DNA from: Phyllosticta citribraziliensis
Lineage: Eukaryota
NCBI RefSeq assembly: GCF_038025025.1
Contig: NW_027117341.1
Location: forward strand, 806,001 to 870,000
Reading direction: 5' to 3'
Length of the DNA stretch: 64,000 bases
The translations under genes and the position numbers were made by a program. The notes under the pieces were generated by a model. The model ran no database searches. It had not been told where the DNA came from and worked only from the letters and a program-made list of their open reading frames with translations. Below are positions 46,590-58,295 of the stretch, piece by piece (positions within the stretch are counted from its first letter, which is position 1; each line of letters opens with the position of its first letter).

Positions 46590-48986
46590 ATTGTGTTGCC
46601 GTCTTCATCTGGCTTCGGAGTCGCATCGGAAAGCCAAGCTCTCGTCTCGGAAAGCAAAGGTTCGGCCTTGGACTCCACTCTCGACCCCTTTGACGGCTTT
46701 GCTTTTCCCTCGAATCATGAAGGCTTTGACGGAGAGCCGCGGCCCTGGCAGGCGTTGTAATGTGATTTTGGCTTGTTTCTGTCTTGCTTTTCACTGTGTT
46801 TTCTTGGGCAATGGCGAGTTGGATCTCTTCTGTTTTTTTCTTTTCTTCGTTCGTGTCTTTTGTTTCGTGCTGCGTTTCTGGCTGAGCATACAATGGAATC
46901 AAGGCGGAAAGGGTCGTCGTTCATCGGACACGGGCAAATGGGACTGTGTGCGAGAGAGAAAGAAGCGAGGAGGGAGGCAGACCACGAAAAACGGGCAGGC
47001 AGCATGCGCCTCTAGCCCTCCTAATCTTTTTCCCCTTTGGGCTTTTCGCTCTGGAAATCATCATATCCATCTTCATCATCATTTTCAACATCCATTGTGT
47101 TTTTCTCATGATTTTTCTTTCTTCGACCTAAACTACCACTTTCCCTCTCTTCTTTCTCTGTACAAGAAGTCAATGGCAGGCAGGTAGGTGGAATGATTGG
47201 ATTTTTCTCCCTTGATTGATCAAGATTTTGCTGCTGAACGATGGATGATGTTGTTTGTGGGGCCTCGTCCTGCCCTCTATTTTGCAACTCTACAAACGTG
47301 GTGGCATGTCTTTCTGCTGAGCCGGATGGGCAGCTACTTGCTCGCATGCGTCTGGGGAGGGGGTGGAGGTAATGTGTTGTGAATGAAAACGCGAAATATG
47401 TATAGGGATATGGATTGAAATGTCTCTATCTACGTACTTCAGTCTGTTCGTCGCCTCACGGCATACGCTGACCAGCCGCTCAACCAAAATGAAAATGCTG
47501 CGCACCGGCTCGCTATCTACCTACCTTTCTACCAAACTACCCCCCCCCCCCCCCCTTCCATAACCAAGCTAACCATCCAGGTAGCAAATAAACGCACGGG
47601 AAGAACGGGAGGAAGCGCAGCCCCGGCCGGCCGGCCGTCCACCCGGCTAGCCCACGCGATGGCGTGGGATGGGATGGGAATTAAAGTTGCGGGACATGCA
47701 TACTTGTAGGCTTGTTTGTTGTAAGGTTAAAGCTAAGTTATGCTACTGCCTTATTGTCAGTCTTGTGTGTCTGCGGCTACGGCTCCCGCCGCCGGACGTG
47801 CAAGGTTGGTTTTGAAGGGGAAGTTTGGGTCGGTGGATGCGTAGAAGAGGAGGGCTAGGCTGGGTTGCGAAGGAGGGGGTTTGGGAGAAGTGTTTGAGGT
47901 GGATGTGTTGGTGTCTTTGCAGTCGTACGGGTGTAGAAATGTCTGCTTCTCTCTGAAACGACAAGCGCTTCTAGGTAGGACGACAGCATTTTGGAGACAT
48001 TTCGTGTGCATTGGAAATGGACATGCCGATGGTGTATATACACGTCATAGGCGAAGAAATGGTTCTTCCGCCATTTTCTTCCGCCATTTTCTTCTCTTGA
48101 GTACTACTTCTCTTCTCCTTCTTTTCCGACGCAAGAATTTTAACCAATACAGCCTGTTTTCTTGAGCTTGGAGGACATGAACGTCTGACATTCTTTTCTC
48201 TACTGGCGCAAGTGGGCTCTGCCTCTTCTCCCAAAGAACAGACTCACGTTAAATACACATTCTTCTCAACACGCATCAAAATCCGCCACGACCACGGGCC
48301 AGTAAAAACACCAATGTGCAACAACACAACCAATCAAAGAGCCCACCCACCTCAAGACACCTTCTGCCCTACGAAATCTCTTCCTTCCATGCCCAACCAA
48401 TCCAACCCAATCGAACCCAAGCCAGCCAGCCAGCCAGCCAGCCAGCAAGCTAGTCCAACCCACCCGCCCTCCCGCCCGCCCGTCTACGAACGCACGCACG
48501 CACGCACCCTGTCCACCATGGCCGCACCCTCGCCACCACACACCCCGGGCACCCGCTCCCTGCTCGACCCGAAAAGGGCACGCACGCAGCGCGCGCCGCA
48601 CACGCACCAAACGGCGCCACCGACAAGAGCGACGGACGGACGGACGGGCGACGGCTGGGTCTGAACTGAACACGAGGCCCCCCGTATCGCCCGTCGCCGT
48701 CTGTCTGTCTGTCGCATGTATGTAGCCATCCATGCGTCGTCTGTATACGGGGCCGCGGGCCGGCCGGCCATCGAGCGAATGTATGTACGCACATACGTGC
48801 CCTTCGCCATGCAAAATGCTGCATGCTTGATGCTAGTGCTATGTACGTCTTTACCGGCCTGACTGGCCGATGAGGCAGAGGAGAAGGTGGGGTTGGCGTG
48901 CGGGCGCTAGTAATTCTTTTTTTTTTTTTTTCCTCTTCAGATTCTTCTTTTTCCTTGTTTTTTTCGCCCGTTTTGGGCGTTTGGAC

Positions 48987-49016
48987 GGGCTGGGCTGGGC
49001 TGGGCTGGGCTGGGCT
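48987..49016 (+). repeat. (GGGCT)6 microsatellite
   Basis: Read directly. One of many SSRs in 47.5-52.2 kb, including C16 at 47540-47555, (GCCA)n ~48421-48444 and (CTGAAC)n ~50797-50819. Confidence 0.9.
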
Positions 49017-52000
49017 GAGTTGGTGGCTAAAAATAGGATGGTGGGTGTGGAGGCATGGGAGGGAGGGGTTGATTGACTGACTGAGTGACAGTAGAGAGGG
49101 AGGGAGAGAGGGGCAAGTGAAACGGACGGTGAGTGCGTTGGGCATGTGAGCGTGTGGGAACGTACATACATAGATCCGATTGATTATGGGGAAGTGGGAA
49201 AGGGAGGGATCTGTAGGGAGGAGGGTCTATTGGTTTATGCGGGTTTCTTCAGTGCAGATGATGGGGGGTTCTTGTTTTTTTTTTATTTTTATTTTTTATT
49301 TGCTGTCTCTATGTATTCAGCGAGTTGATTGCTTAGTTTGTGAGCGTGACTCCCATTGCACGACTGACGAATATCGGCATAGTGGTGGTTGAGACCGAGT
49401 CGGCATTGCGGAGAAGAGGCAAACGCACCGCCACCGCGCAAAGCCAAGAAAGGCAGCGGCGGGAGGAGTCGAGCGGTTCGTTCGTTTTGGTGGTGTTTGT
49501 GGTGGTGTTTGTGGTGGCGGAGGCTCCGAGAAGGAAGTGATCTCAGCAGTCACACGAGACAGAGAGGTCAGCAACACGACGGGGACTCGTACAGCTAGCT
49601 CATCGCCTGCTTTGCGGAAAGAGGGTCAAGTCCTGTGTCTGGAATGCGCACGAGGCGCTCAGTCGCTCATTGTTCTCTCCCATGTCGCCACTCGCCTGTC
49701 GCAGCTTTGTGCAGCAATTGACGGAAGAGTCGCATTGTGTGTGCGATGGTCCATGTCGCAGATGGGTTAGACTGGACAGGAAGGGCGCACGCCATGTCTG
49801 TCTGCGTGTCTCGATCAGGAAGGCGAGTCGATTCCAGTCGGATGGCATGGCATGGCATGGCGTTGGGACAGCGGTGGTGGGTGTGGTGGCTGCGGCTGCG
49901 GCTGTGGCGGTCGCCAGCGTCGCGTCGTTGCGCCCCCGGAACGAAGGGCTTGAGGCTCTCCTCCTTGTTGCGATTGGGCACCGGCATTCTGTTGGCCAGC
50001 GGTTGGTTCAAGGTCTGTTGTTCGCTGCCTATTCTTGCTTTACTCCTAGGAATAGCATGGCGGGCAGGCGGGCAGCCGACGCCACGTTTGGCTGACAGGA
50101 GCGGTTGCGCAATCGTCAAGGGATCAACGACTGGTCGGTTTCTCGTCGTGGTTGATGGTCGCTCGTTTCGCTGATCCAACACTGGCTCATCAGCTTACTA
50201 CAGGAGAGGAGAGCCTCTTGGTGGTGTCCAGCGCGCCCAAAAAAGGCGCGGCAAGTACCTATACCAGGCAGGAAATAGGAGAAGTACGGCGCCCTGTCTC
50301 ACGACTCACGGCCACCTCGACCACATGTGCAACCACACGTCGCAAAAGGATGCTCCCACTGTAGGCACAGCCTGTGTCTTCATTCAGCCCAAAGAGCTAC
50401 GCACCGCCGCCCGCTGCGTCATAAGTGTATCCGATCAAACAAAAGCAACAGCGCCTTTGCCATCAACGCCGCCCACCACACGTAGGTATCACCACGGCGA
50501 AACGCGGCCTCTCCGGATGGCGACAGCCTCCAAACCAACCCAACCTACCTGACCACAGCATTGGCAGGGCGCGCCCGCCCACATGCCACGCCGCGCCGCG
50601 CCGCTCCCTTCGCCTCGCGTTCCTATCCATCGCATCGGCTTGCCGCAAGGCAGGCAGGCAGGCAGGCAGGCGGGACACAGAATGGCCGGCCCATGACAGG
50701 TCGAGCCCCTATTTCGTGTTGGCGGCTGGCAAGCAGTTGGCGAGGGAAGCTTTGGCCGGCTTCTTTTTGGGTCGGTCGAATAATCCCATGTGGGGCCTGA
50801 ACCTGAACCTGAACCTGAATCTGATGGACCTGATGAGTGCCGCTCGCTCGCTGCTCTGTTTGGCCCACACGCGCAATCCGTCGGTGCTGATTGGTGGACG
50901 TCTTTGTTATTGTCGGCATGTTGATTAGCCCCTCCCTTATTCTTTTGCTTGCTCGAGTAAGTAGTATATTGGCTGCCGTATACACACACTAACTTCTCGT
51001 TGTTTGGCTTTGTACCCATGTACCTACTCGCCCACACAAACAACAACCACAATCCCTCATCGTCTCCCTCGTCATCAATCTCCAATCTGTGATAGCCCGG
51101 CCCTGCATCAGTCTTGGCATCCAATACGCAGGCAGGCCTCGACCGCACACCAGCGCCAGAGGCATCAAACGACCATTCCGCAATCACCTCACCCAAGCTT
51201 CTGAGCACGCACGTCCGCCGCACGCCCGCACCCCCCCTCCAACGCCGCCGCCGCCGCCGCTCGCTGCTGGTGGATGGACAAACGGACGGAGAGCGCGCCC
51301 AGCCCCGTCGCTCCTCCGCGTTGTTTAAATTCTCTAATTTGCCCGGCTCTGCTCTGCTCGTCTGTGCTTTTGTTCTTATGCCTTGCCTAGATCTCTGATG
51401 GATGTCTGATTTCCCGTGATGCGGATATGAGATTCTGCGGCGGGGTTGCCAGCCTGCTTGTCTCTTGGGAGTTGTGGGGGAATATCGACTCTTTGGATGG
51501 CTGTCGTGGATTGCATCATCTGGCCCGCTGCGAGAAAGGCAGCAAACGTCGTGTCGGATAGGCACGCGCAAAAGAAGAGCGCTGGGTTCTTCCTCCTTGC
51601 CAGCCAAAACATGTCGACGACACTTCAACGCCTTCATCCGGCTTTCTCCCTTCATGAAGCCACCGCGATGCGATCATCAGCCCTGTGATCCCAAAGTAGT
51701 AAAGTTATTTCGCTTATGTAATTATCGTCGTAAAATACGCCATCTGAAACAAAAAGGAAAAAAAGGCAACAGGCGGGCAAGCAGGGAGACCGATGACACC
51801 TGTGGAGAGAGGGAAAAGCTTGGTACGCGGGAGGCTGGCAGTCAGGGCAAGGGTGTGGATGAGAAATTGCGGCCATGACCCCCGACGAGCGCCGCGCTGC
51901 TGAGGTGGGAGGGGATCTACCCTGTTTGGCCCCCGTGGCCGGTCGGTTGGCTGAAGTAGCAAATTACCGGATGGAGCACCTGGACAGACTGACTGGAGAT

Positions 52001-55000
52001 GACTAGTCTTGATGAGAAGCATGCGCTGCACTCAGCGTCGCTGAGGTAAGAATGGCGACGTGACTAAGTGCTTGTGTGAGGTACAGATACGCATAGAAAC
52101 AGGCACAGGCACAGGCACAGGTACAGCCGTCCCTACAATGAGACGGCGGGGCAAAGTAGACGCGTCGCGCTGCACAGCCGCGAGGCGGCGGTGGTGGCGG
52201 CGGCGGCTTTGCGGCTGCGATGCATCAGGTGGATGGCTGAGGTGCGGCTCGGCGGGATGCCTGGGTGCGAGGCTGCCGTTCCAATCAGAGCAGTGTCGAT
52301 GACGGAAAGGCTGTCGAGCGTCTCGCTGCGCAGTTACATCTATTATGCGCGGTTGGTAGCAGTGGTCAAGCGGGGGCGGGCGGCTGGCTGGCGGGAGCTT
52401 GGTGTTGAGCTTCTCGTAGCTTGGTGAACAGCATCATCCCAACCGCAAGGAGCGTTTAAGGTTGTGGTTGCTACCTTGTTCGGAGTAAGCTTGAGGGGTC
52501 CTGGACGATGCTTGTTTTGACTGCCTGCTGGACGACTATATTCAGTGACCAGTCGTCTATTGAGCTGCAACAGAGCCATCGGAGGCGCTGGATGAAGTTG
52601 ATGGTCGACTCCGTGGTGTCAAACGCTTGTTCGAATCGACGCTAATGCAACCACTTTTTCCCCTCATCCAGAGAATTGGCGGGGCTAGAAATGACGACAG
52701 GGTTTCCGACCACCGGCTGAGGTAATACGGACGCTTGCTGCGCAGTCTGACTGTCGCTCCAGTGACAGAGGCCATGTCGAGTTACTTGATCCGTTTCACG
52801 TGTTCTCAGATGTCGACTTTGGATCAAACGATTGGCAGTCCTTTTGTCCGCTGATGACGACGACCCTGTCAGCATAACCACCGCTAGCGCACGCTGAACC
52901 CCTGGTGCTGGCGGCGCCACCGTCGACGCGCATCATCTTCCCGAAACCAACACTCTTCGACAGGCGACCGCCTGTCCTGTCGTGTTCGTGGTTTCGCATG
53001 ACGGGCCTGCATGCTACTCTGTTTCTGCTCGACGGTGAGTTGGTCGTCGCGATGAGACGTCGCAAACGACGACGAGAAATGACACTCAGCTCGGCCAGTC
53101 CGAATGGCGGGGCGGACGGGAGCCATGTGTGCCACGGTTGCACCGCTTCCGCTGCGGCTTCACGCGCCGCTTGCGGCACTCGTCGTCCCAATCCAAACCC
53201 GGGTTGCCGCTGCTGCGACGTGACATGCCTGTTCGGGTCGTGTCCACGAGCTGTCCCGGTCCAAGTGCCTTTGCTCACATGCAGCAGGCCGGATTCGACA
53301 TGGCGGGGTTGGTAGCTTTTCGACTGTCGCCGTTGCTGGCGGGGTGGCTGCTGGTGGATCGCCCGCTGGGCCGACATTGATGGTCAACTTATTGCCGACG
53401 TCGCTTTTCGCCGTGCAGGTCGACGGCTTGGAATATGTGCGTTGCTGCGTCACTGAAGTGATGATGCGGAAAAATTCACCGTTACACGCGTCTCGAGAGG
53501 TGCGGAATGAACCGCCGTCTGCTGAGCACAGTATGCCAGTGCAGATCGCGCTATTTTTAGCCTTGGACTCTGAGAGGCGACTACTGTTGCGAACCTCTTC
53601 ATCCTCATTCTATAGCCAGCGACATGTTTCTAGGCCAATGTCCTGGTGCCACTCTGTCAAAAAAAAATGGCCAAAGGAAGCGCCACGCCGGCAGGAGAGC
53701 CCCGGAAGCTTGTATGCAACTGACCGCTGGCCTCGGCATCCTTCTGAGCTAACCATGTGTTTATGGAAAGTAGCGACAAAGCTTGAATGACGGCCGGCCG
53801 GTGTAGCGTGAAGAATAGGTAGGTGGGTACCACATGCTCAAGCATGCTCGGCGGAGACCCTGAGCAGCGCAACGTGTGGCCTTTTCATTCCGGGAGCCAA
53901 AAATGGAAACAAGAATGGGTTGATGGGGAAACGCAGCGACGAGGACGTTCTGTCAGGCTGTAATTGAGCAGGACGTCGAAATGGTAAATACGAAGGGCAA
54001 GGCCTTGGCGTGCGGGCTGCTTTCGGGTGGCTTCAAGTCGGCGGCCTGCAACTCGGCAACTTTGATTCAAGGGTCGACGGAGTTGAGCACGACTACGACT
54101 GCACGAGGCTGCTCAGACATTTGAAGAAGCTATGACCCTCTTTCCAATGCAGCGTGCAAGTGCGGGGAGAGACGAGTCGGCCGCGTTTGCATGGACGGTG
54201 GGCGGCCTGTCTGTAGCCAACATTTTAATTTTTCCATGCAGAGGTCGGCCGACAGAGGAGTTGACGAGAGAGTCGTCGTCAGCAGCGGAGCAATGAGGTC
54301 ACGGCGAGTGGTAAATTGGATGCACCAGCGCTGGTGGTGACGGTTCTGAGACGGAGCCTGTTGGCAAGCGAAGGGACGTTTCTTGGCGATGATGCGGCGG
54401 TTTCCTGTGGTGATGGGGCTGCAGGCGCGAAGGGAAGCGGGGGCGGAGACAGCGTGGAGCAGCGGTGGAAATGGACGGCGATGAGATGAGATGGATGAGA
54501 TGAGATGATGAAGAAGAAGAAGATGATGATGAGGCGGGAGTGCATGTGCTGGTAACGGAAGGTACAAGTATCTGAAAGGTGCTCGGCGTAATTTACGTAC
54601 CGCTGGCGTCGTTACGGCTTAGGCATCCCCCGGGGTCCCCTTTCGGCCAAGGCAACCAGTGGTAGCGCCCCTGTCCTGGCCCCGGTCGCGGCCTCTCACG
54701 CCGCTGGTCTGGCTGGTCTGGGTGCCTCTCTCCAGTCAGTCAGTCTCTCTCTCTGCTGGGCTGGGCTGGTTCGCTTTGGTTACCACCTTTCCCTCTGAGG
54801 TGACGGCGCAGTGGATCCCACCAGACCCGACGCTTGCGTAGCCGCTCGCTCTTTTTCCACTCCCTCCCTCCCAAGTCCCAACCACCCTCTGCTCTCCACT
54901 CTGATCATGTCCTCGTCCTCCTCACCATAGCCAACTTTTGCCTGTCTTCAATCCTCCTCTCCCCTCCACTCCCCACACCTCCCCCCCCCAACTGTCCGTC

Positions 55001-55140
55001 AATCGCTGCACACTCGCTTACCGCCGACTCCACGGCCCCCCCTTTCTCTCCGATCCATCATCTGCCGCCAAAAGACATCCCAATCCACTGTCCGCCTTCT
55101 CTGAGACGACCCTCGTCCTCCTCCTCCGCCTTGGCCCATC

Positions 55141-56443
55141 ATGCGGTTCCTCTCGCGCTGCTCCGTAATAATCGCCCTCGCAGTCACCATCATCCTCTAC
55201 CTGGGCTGGGTCATTCCCTCGACGCGCCAATACACCCAGTTCCAAAAGTCCTGGTCCGGCTCAGTGCGCAGGATCGTCACCTTTGGCGATTCTTGGTCGG
55301 ATACTGGTCGCTATATTCTGAACGGGCCCCCGCCGGGCTATGAACCCATTAGACACCCGGCCAGCGGGCCAGTCTGGCCAGAGGCTCTCTGCCAGGAGGT
55401 GCGTGGCTCCTGATTATCGCGAGGTCCCACCGACCAAGGCTGACCCCAAACAGATTCTCTGCGACTCGATAGACAACTACGCTCGTTCTCTGCCGCCCCA
55501 GGTCACCCAGTACTACACCGACACTGTCGGCGCTGTCCTTGACAATGCCGTCTTCCAGAATGCCACCTCGTCCCACAACTTCACCGATTTTGCTCTCCGC
55601 GACCTCCAGCAGCAGGTTCGCGATTTTGTCAAGATGGAGGGCGCCAAGCGCATGTGGCCCATCCAGCCCCCCAAGGAGTGGACTCTTTTCACCGTGTGGT
55701 TTGGTGTCAACGATATTTTCCACTACTCCAAGCTCGAGCGCAACGTTGCCAAGTTTGCCATCAACAAGAGCATCGACCACCTCTTCCGCCAGCTCAACAT
55801 CATCCACGAGTGGATGCGCGGTCCGATCCTGGTTGTTCTTCCCAAGGCTGTCAACGTGACCCATCTTCCTCGCTTCAACATGGAGACCATTGACGAGGTC
55901 GACACCACTCGCCAACGCATGGCCATCGAGATGGCCTCATACTGGAACTACAAGCTCGAGTCGCATGCGCGCAACTGGATGGGTGGCCACGTTTTCCTGG
56001 TCGAGAGCGACAAGTTCATGGAGAGCCAGGTCAGGGCAAAGCAAATGTACGGCCCGCCCAGCGTTCGCAAGAGGGCGCTCGATTTCAACGACGTGAGCAC
56101 TCCGTGCCGGACCCTGGTATACCCCCAGTCGCAGGACGAAGACTCGGTGCAAGAGCTCGGTGTTCAGGAGCAAGTGTGCGAAGACCCGAGCCAGCATCTC
56201 TTTTGGTAAGTTTCGAAACGCCTTGGACCCAGAACAGCACTGACGCAGTGTTTCAGGGACGACTTCCACCTCTCTGGCAAGGCCCACGAAATCCTCGGTC
56301 AGCAAGCGGGCAGGCTCGTTAAGCAAAGATCCACTTACAACCACTACGTCGCTCAACAAGTCACCGAGGCTGTCCGCTCGTCTGTGCCCCCGTGGCTCAA
56401 GGACCGCATCGAACAATTTTCGGCCAAGAATAGCAGCAACTAA
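55141..56443 (+). CDS. SGNH/GDSL-family esterase (CE16-like) with an N-terminal signal anchor
   Basis: Block I FGDSWSDTG, block III WFGVND, block V FWDDFHLS. Exons 55141-55398, 55454-56205, 56257-56443. Confidence 0.85.
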
Positions 56444-58295
56444 GAGCGCCTAAAGCCTGGTGATGCTGAGCCTGGTGGTTCCCTGCAGTTCCAGGAACAT
56501 GCCCGAGAGACGCCGCGTCGTGCCTGCGCACGAGATTTATGATAATAACTACCGATACCAAACAGAGGGTATGCTCGCGGTATCCGCTCCCTCAAGGCTG
56601 GACCCTTTAAGATGATGCAAGAGATGGCACAATGAATACCCGGCGAATACTTTGGCGGATGTTGTTACGCTGGCAAGCGGACTTGTCTCCGCGACGACAC
56701 GAGGATGGCCTTAGATTTCTTCAGACCCGACGACTTTTGGATCCGACCACCCATTGCTCCTGGCAGTCCTTTGCCCGAATCAATGTATTCGGCTTGCGGG
56801 CCTGGCGCCTCCGTTGGATATCGGATCGCGCGGCCTGGTACGCGGAGCCGCCTTGAATACACAGGCAGGATTTTTCGGCACATGCTTCCCGCTGCAAATC
56901 AGCCGATCGAGCCGATCCGAGCAGCGGTAGCCCATTGGCCGTCAGAGATCTCCAAGCATGGCCTGGTCGCGATTTTCCTTCCCTACGCTTCTCCTACCCG
57001 GACTATAAATTTTTCCAGCGGCCTTTCGAGGCGTCGACGCATTTTGAGCATTTTGCATTTTCAGCGCTGCATCATAGAGGGGCAGGCGATTATTGCGGTT
57101 TCGACTTTTCGCGCACATCCACCTGCATCATCAAGTGGGTGCTCCCCTTTGCGGTCGCGTTCCTTGTCGTGTTCCAAAAGAAAGGGGTTTTGGCCAAACT
57201 TCTTTTTACTTTTCTTGTTCGATTCTGTTTCTGCAGTTTGCATAGGGTAGGGTCGGGGTTTTAGTGTGACGAGTGCAGCCAGCTTTGGCCACGAGGCCGG
57301 CAGGGAGATACGCGCGATTGATGCATGAACAGGAGAGGCGGGCTTTTTTCCTTCTGTTTTCCCCAATTTTCTGTTATTGAATATTTGCATCGCGCAATGG
57401 GCTCTGCCCATGTGCCACCTTTCACCTTGTCACTTCTGCCTCGTCGTTCCCTGTTGTTTGCATCGAGAGCTTCCTATCATCTGCATGACCCAGCCGCTGT
57501 CTCCTCTTTTCACTCTCACGTCCGGCGCGCAAAACAGGGGTTCGCGTTCTTTTGCTTGCACGCACATATGGGGTTGTTTGATTGCTTTTTTGTCTGGTGC
57601 GGCACGTACCTAGGCATACGTCGATGGGTTTAATTGGCGACGCGCGAGCGCGAGAGAGCGCGTCTCTCCTGGAGTCGCGGTCGGGAGGGGCAGCGAGGAA
57701 CGGACGTAGCAACGGACGCGCGTCCGTCGGCATGGATGGCGTGAAGGTAGCTAGGTAAGTTAGGTAGCTAGCTCCCTTGATACGCAACTCAATCATCTTC
57801 CAACATGTCGCGAGTCCGTCCGTGTGTCTGCCTGCGCTGTCTGACTGCCTGTGTAATCCAGTCTAGGTGCACAATATAGGCTTGTCGCCGCGTTGGTGTT
57901 TGGGAGGAGTCCTCGGGTCGTTGCGGTCGCTTGCTAGGCAGTGATGTGATTTGTCCGTCGAGTCGAGTCGAGTCTCCGGTAAAGCTGGAATGCTTGCGCT
58001 GATAAAAGGCGCGTTTTTGATATTACGAAAGACTGGTTCAAATCACTCGTTTCTCTCGTTTTGATGCGCCATGTCCTGCAACATCCCCCATGTCACAGGC
58101 GGACGCGTGGCGCAAGTAACATGACGAAGCACATGTGTCTTGAATATACTGTGCCGGAAACCATTGCCACTCAGTAAACTCCTCAAGGTACAAAGGGGTA
58201 TTAATGCCGAAAAGAAACCAAGTAGAAGAAAAGAATTGGAAACGTGACGGGAGAAGCGAACCAGCAGCTCTCCCCCAAACACCAACCACAGCCAC

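Noticed and set aside
48518..48664. 48-aa small ORF with a perfect ccaccATGg context
   Set aside because: Built largely from simple repeats, with no coding bias.
50489..51655. 388-aa minus-strand ORF
   Set aside because: Its translation reflects microsatellites (GSGSGS, PACLPACL, poly-R) and shows no domain; probably a chance ORF.
53458..53525. Possible C/D-box snoRNA (GTGATGA...CTGA)
   Set aside because: No clear D'/C' boxes, terminal stem or recognisable rRNA guide; a snoscan run would be needed.
46600..55100. Telomerase RNA or TPP riboswitch in the gene-poor region
   Set aside because: No TAACCCTAA-type template on either strand and no complete TPP aptamer core seen.
56705..57250. 181-aa ORF between the SGNH and TOK1 genes
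   Set aside because: Lies in probable 3'-UTR/terminator space with a T-rich end and no family similarity.
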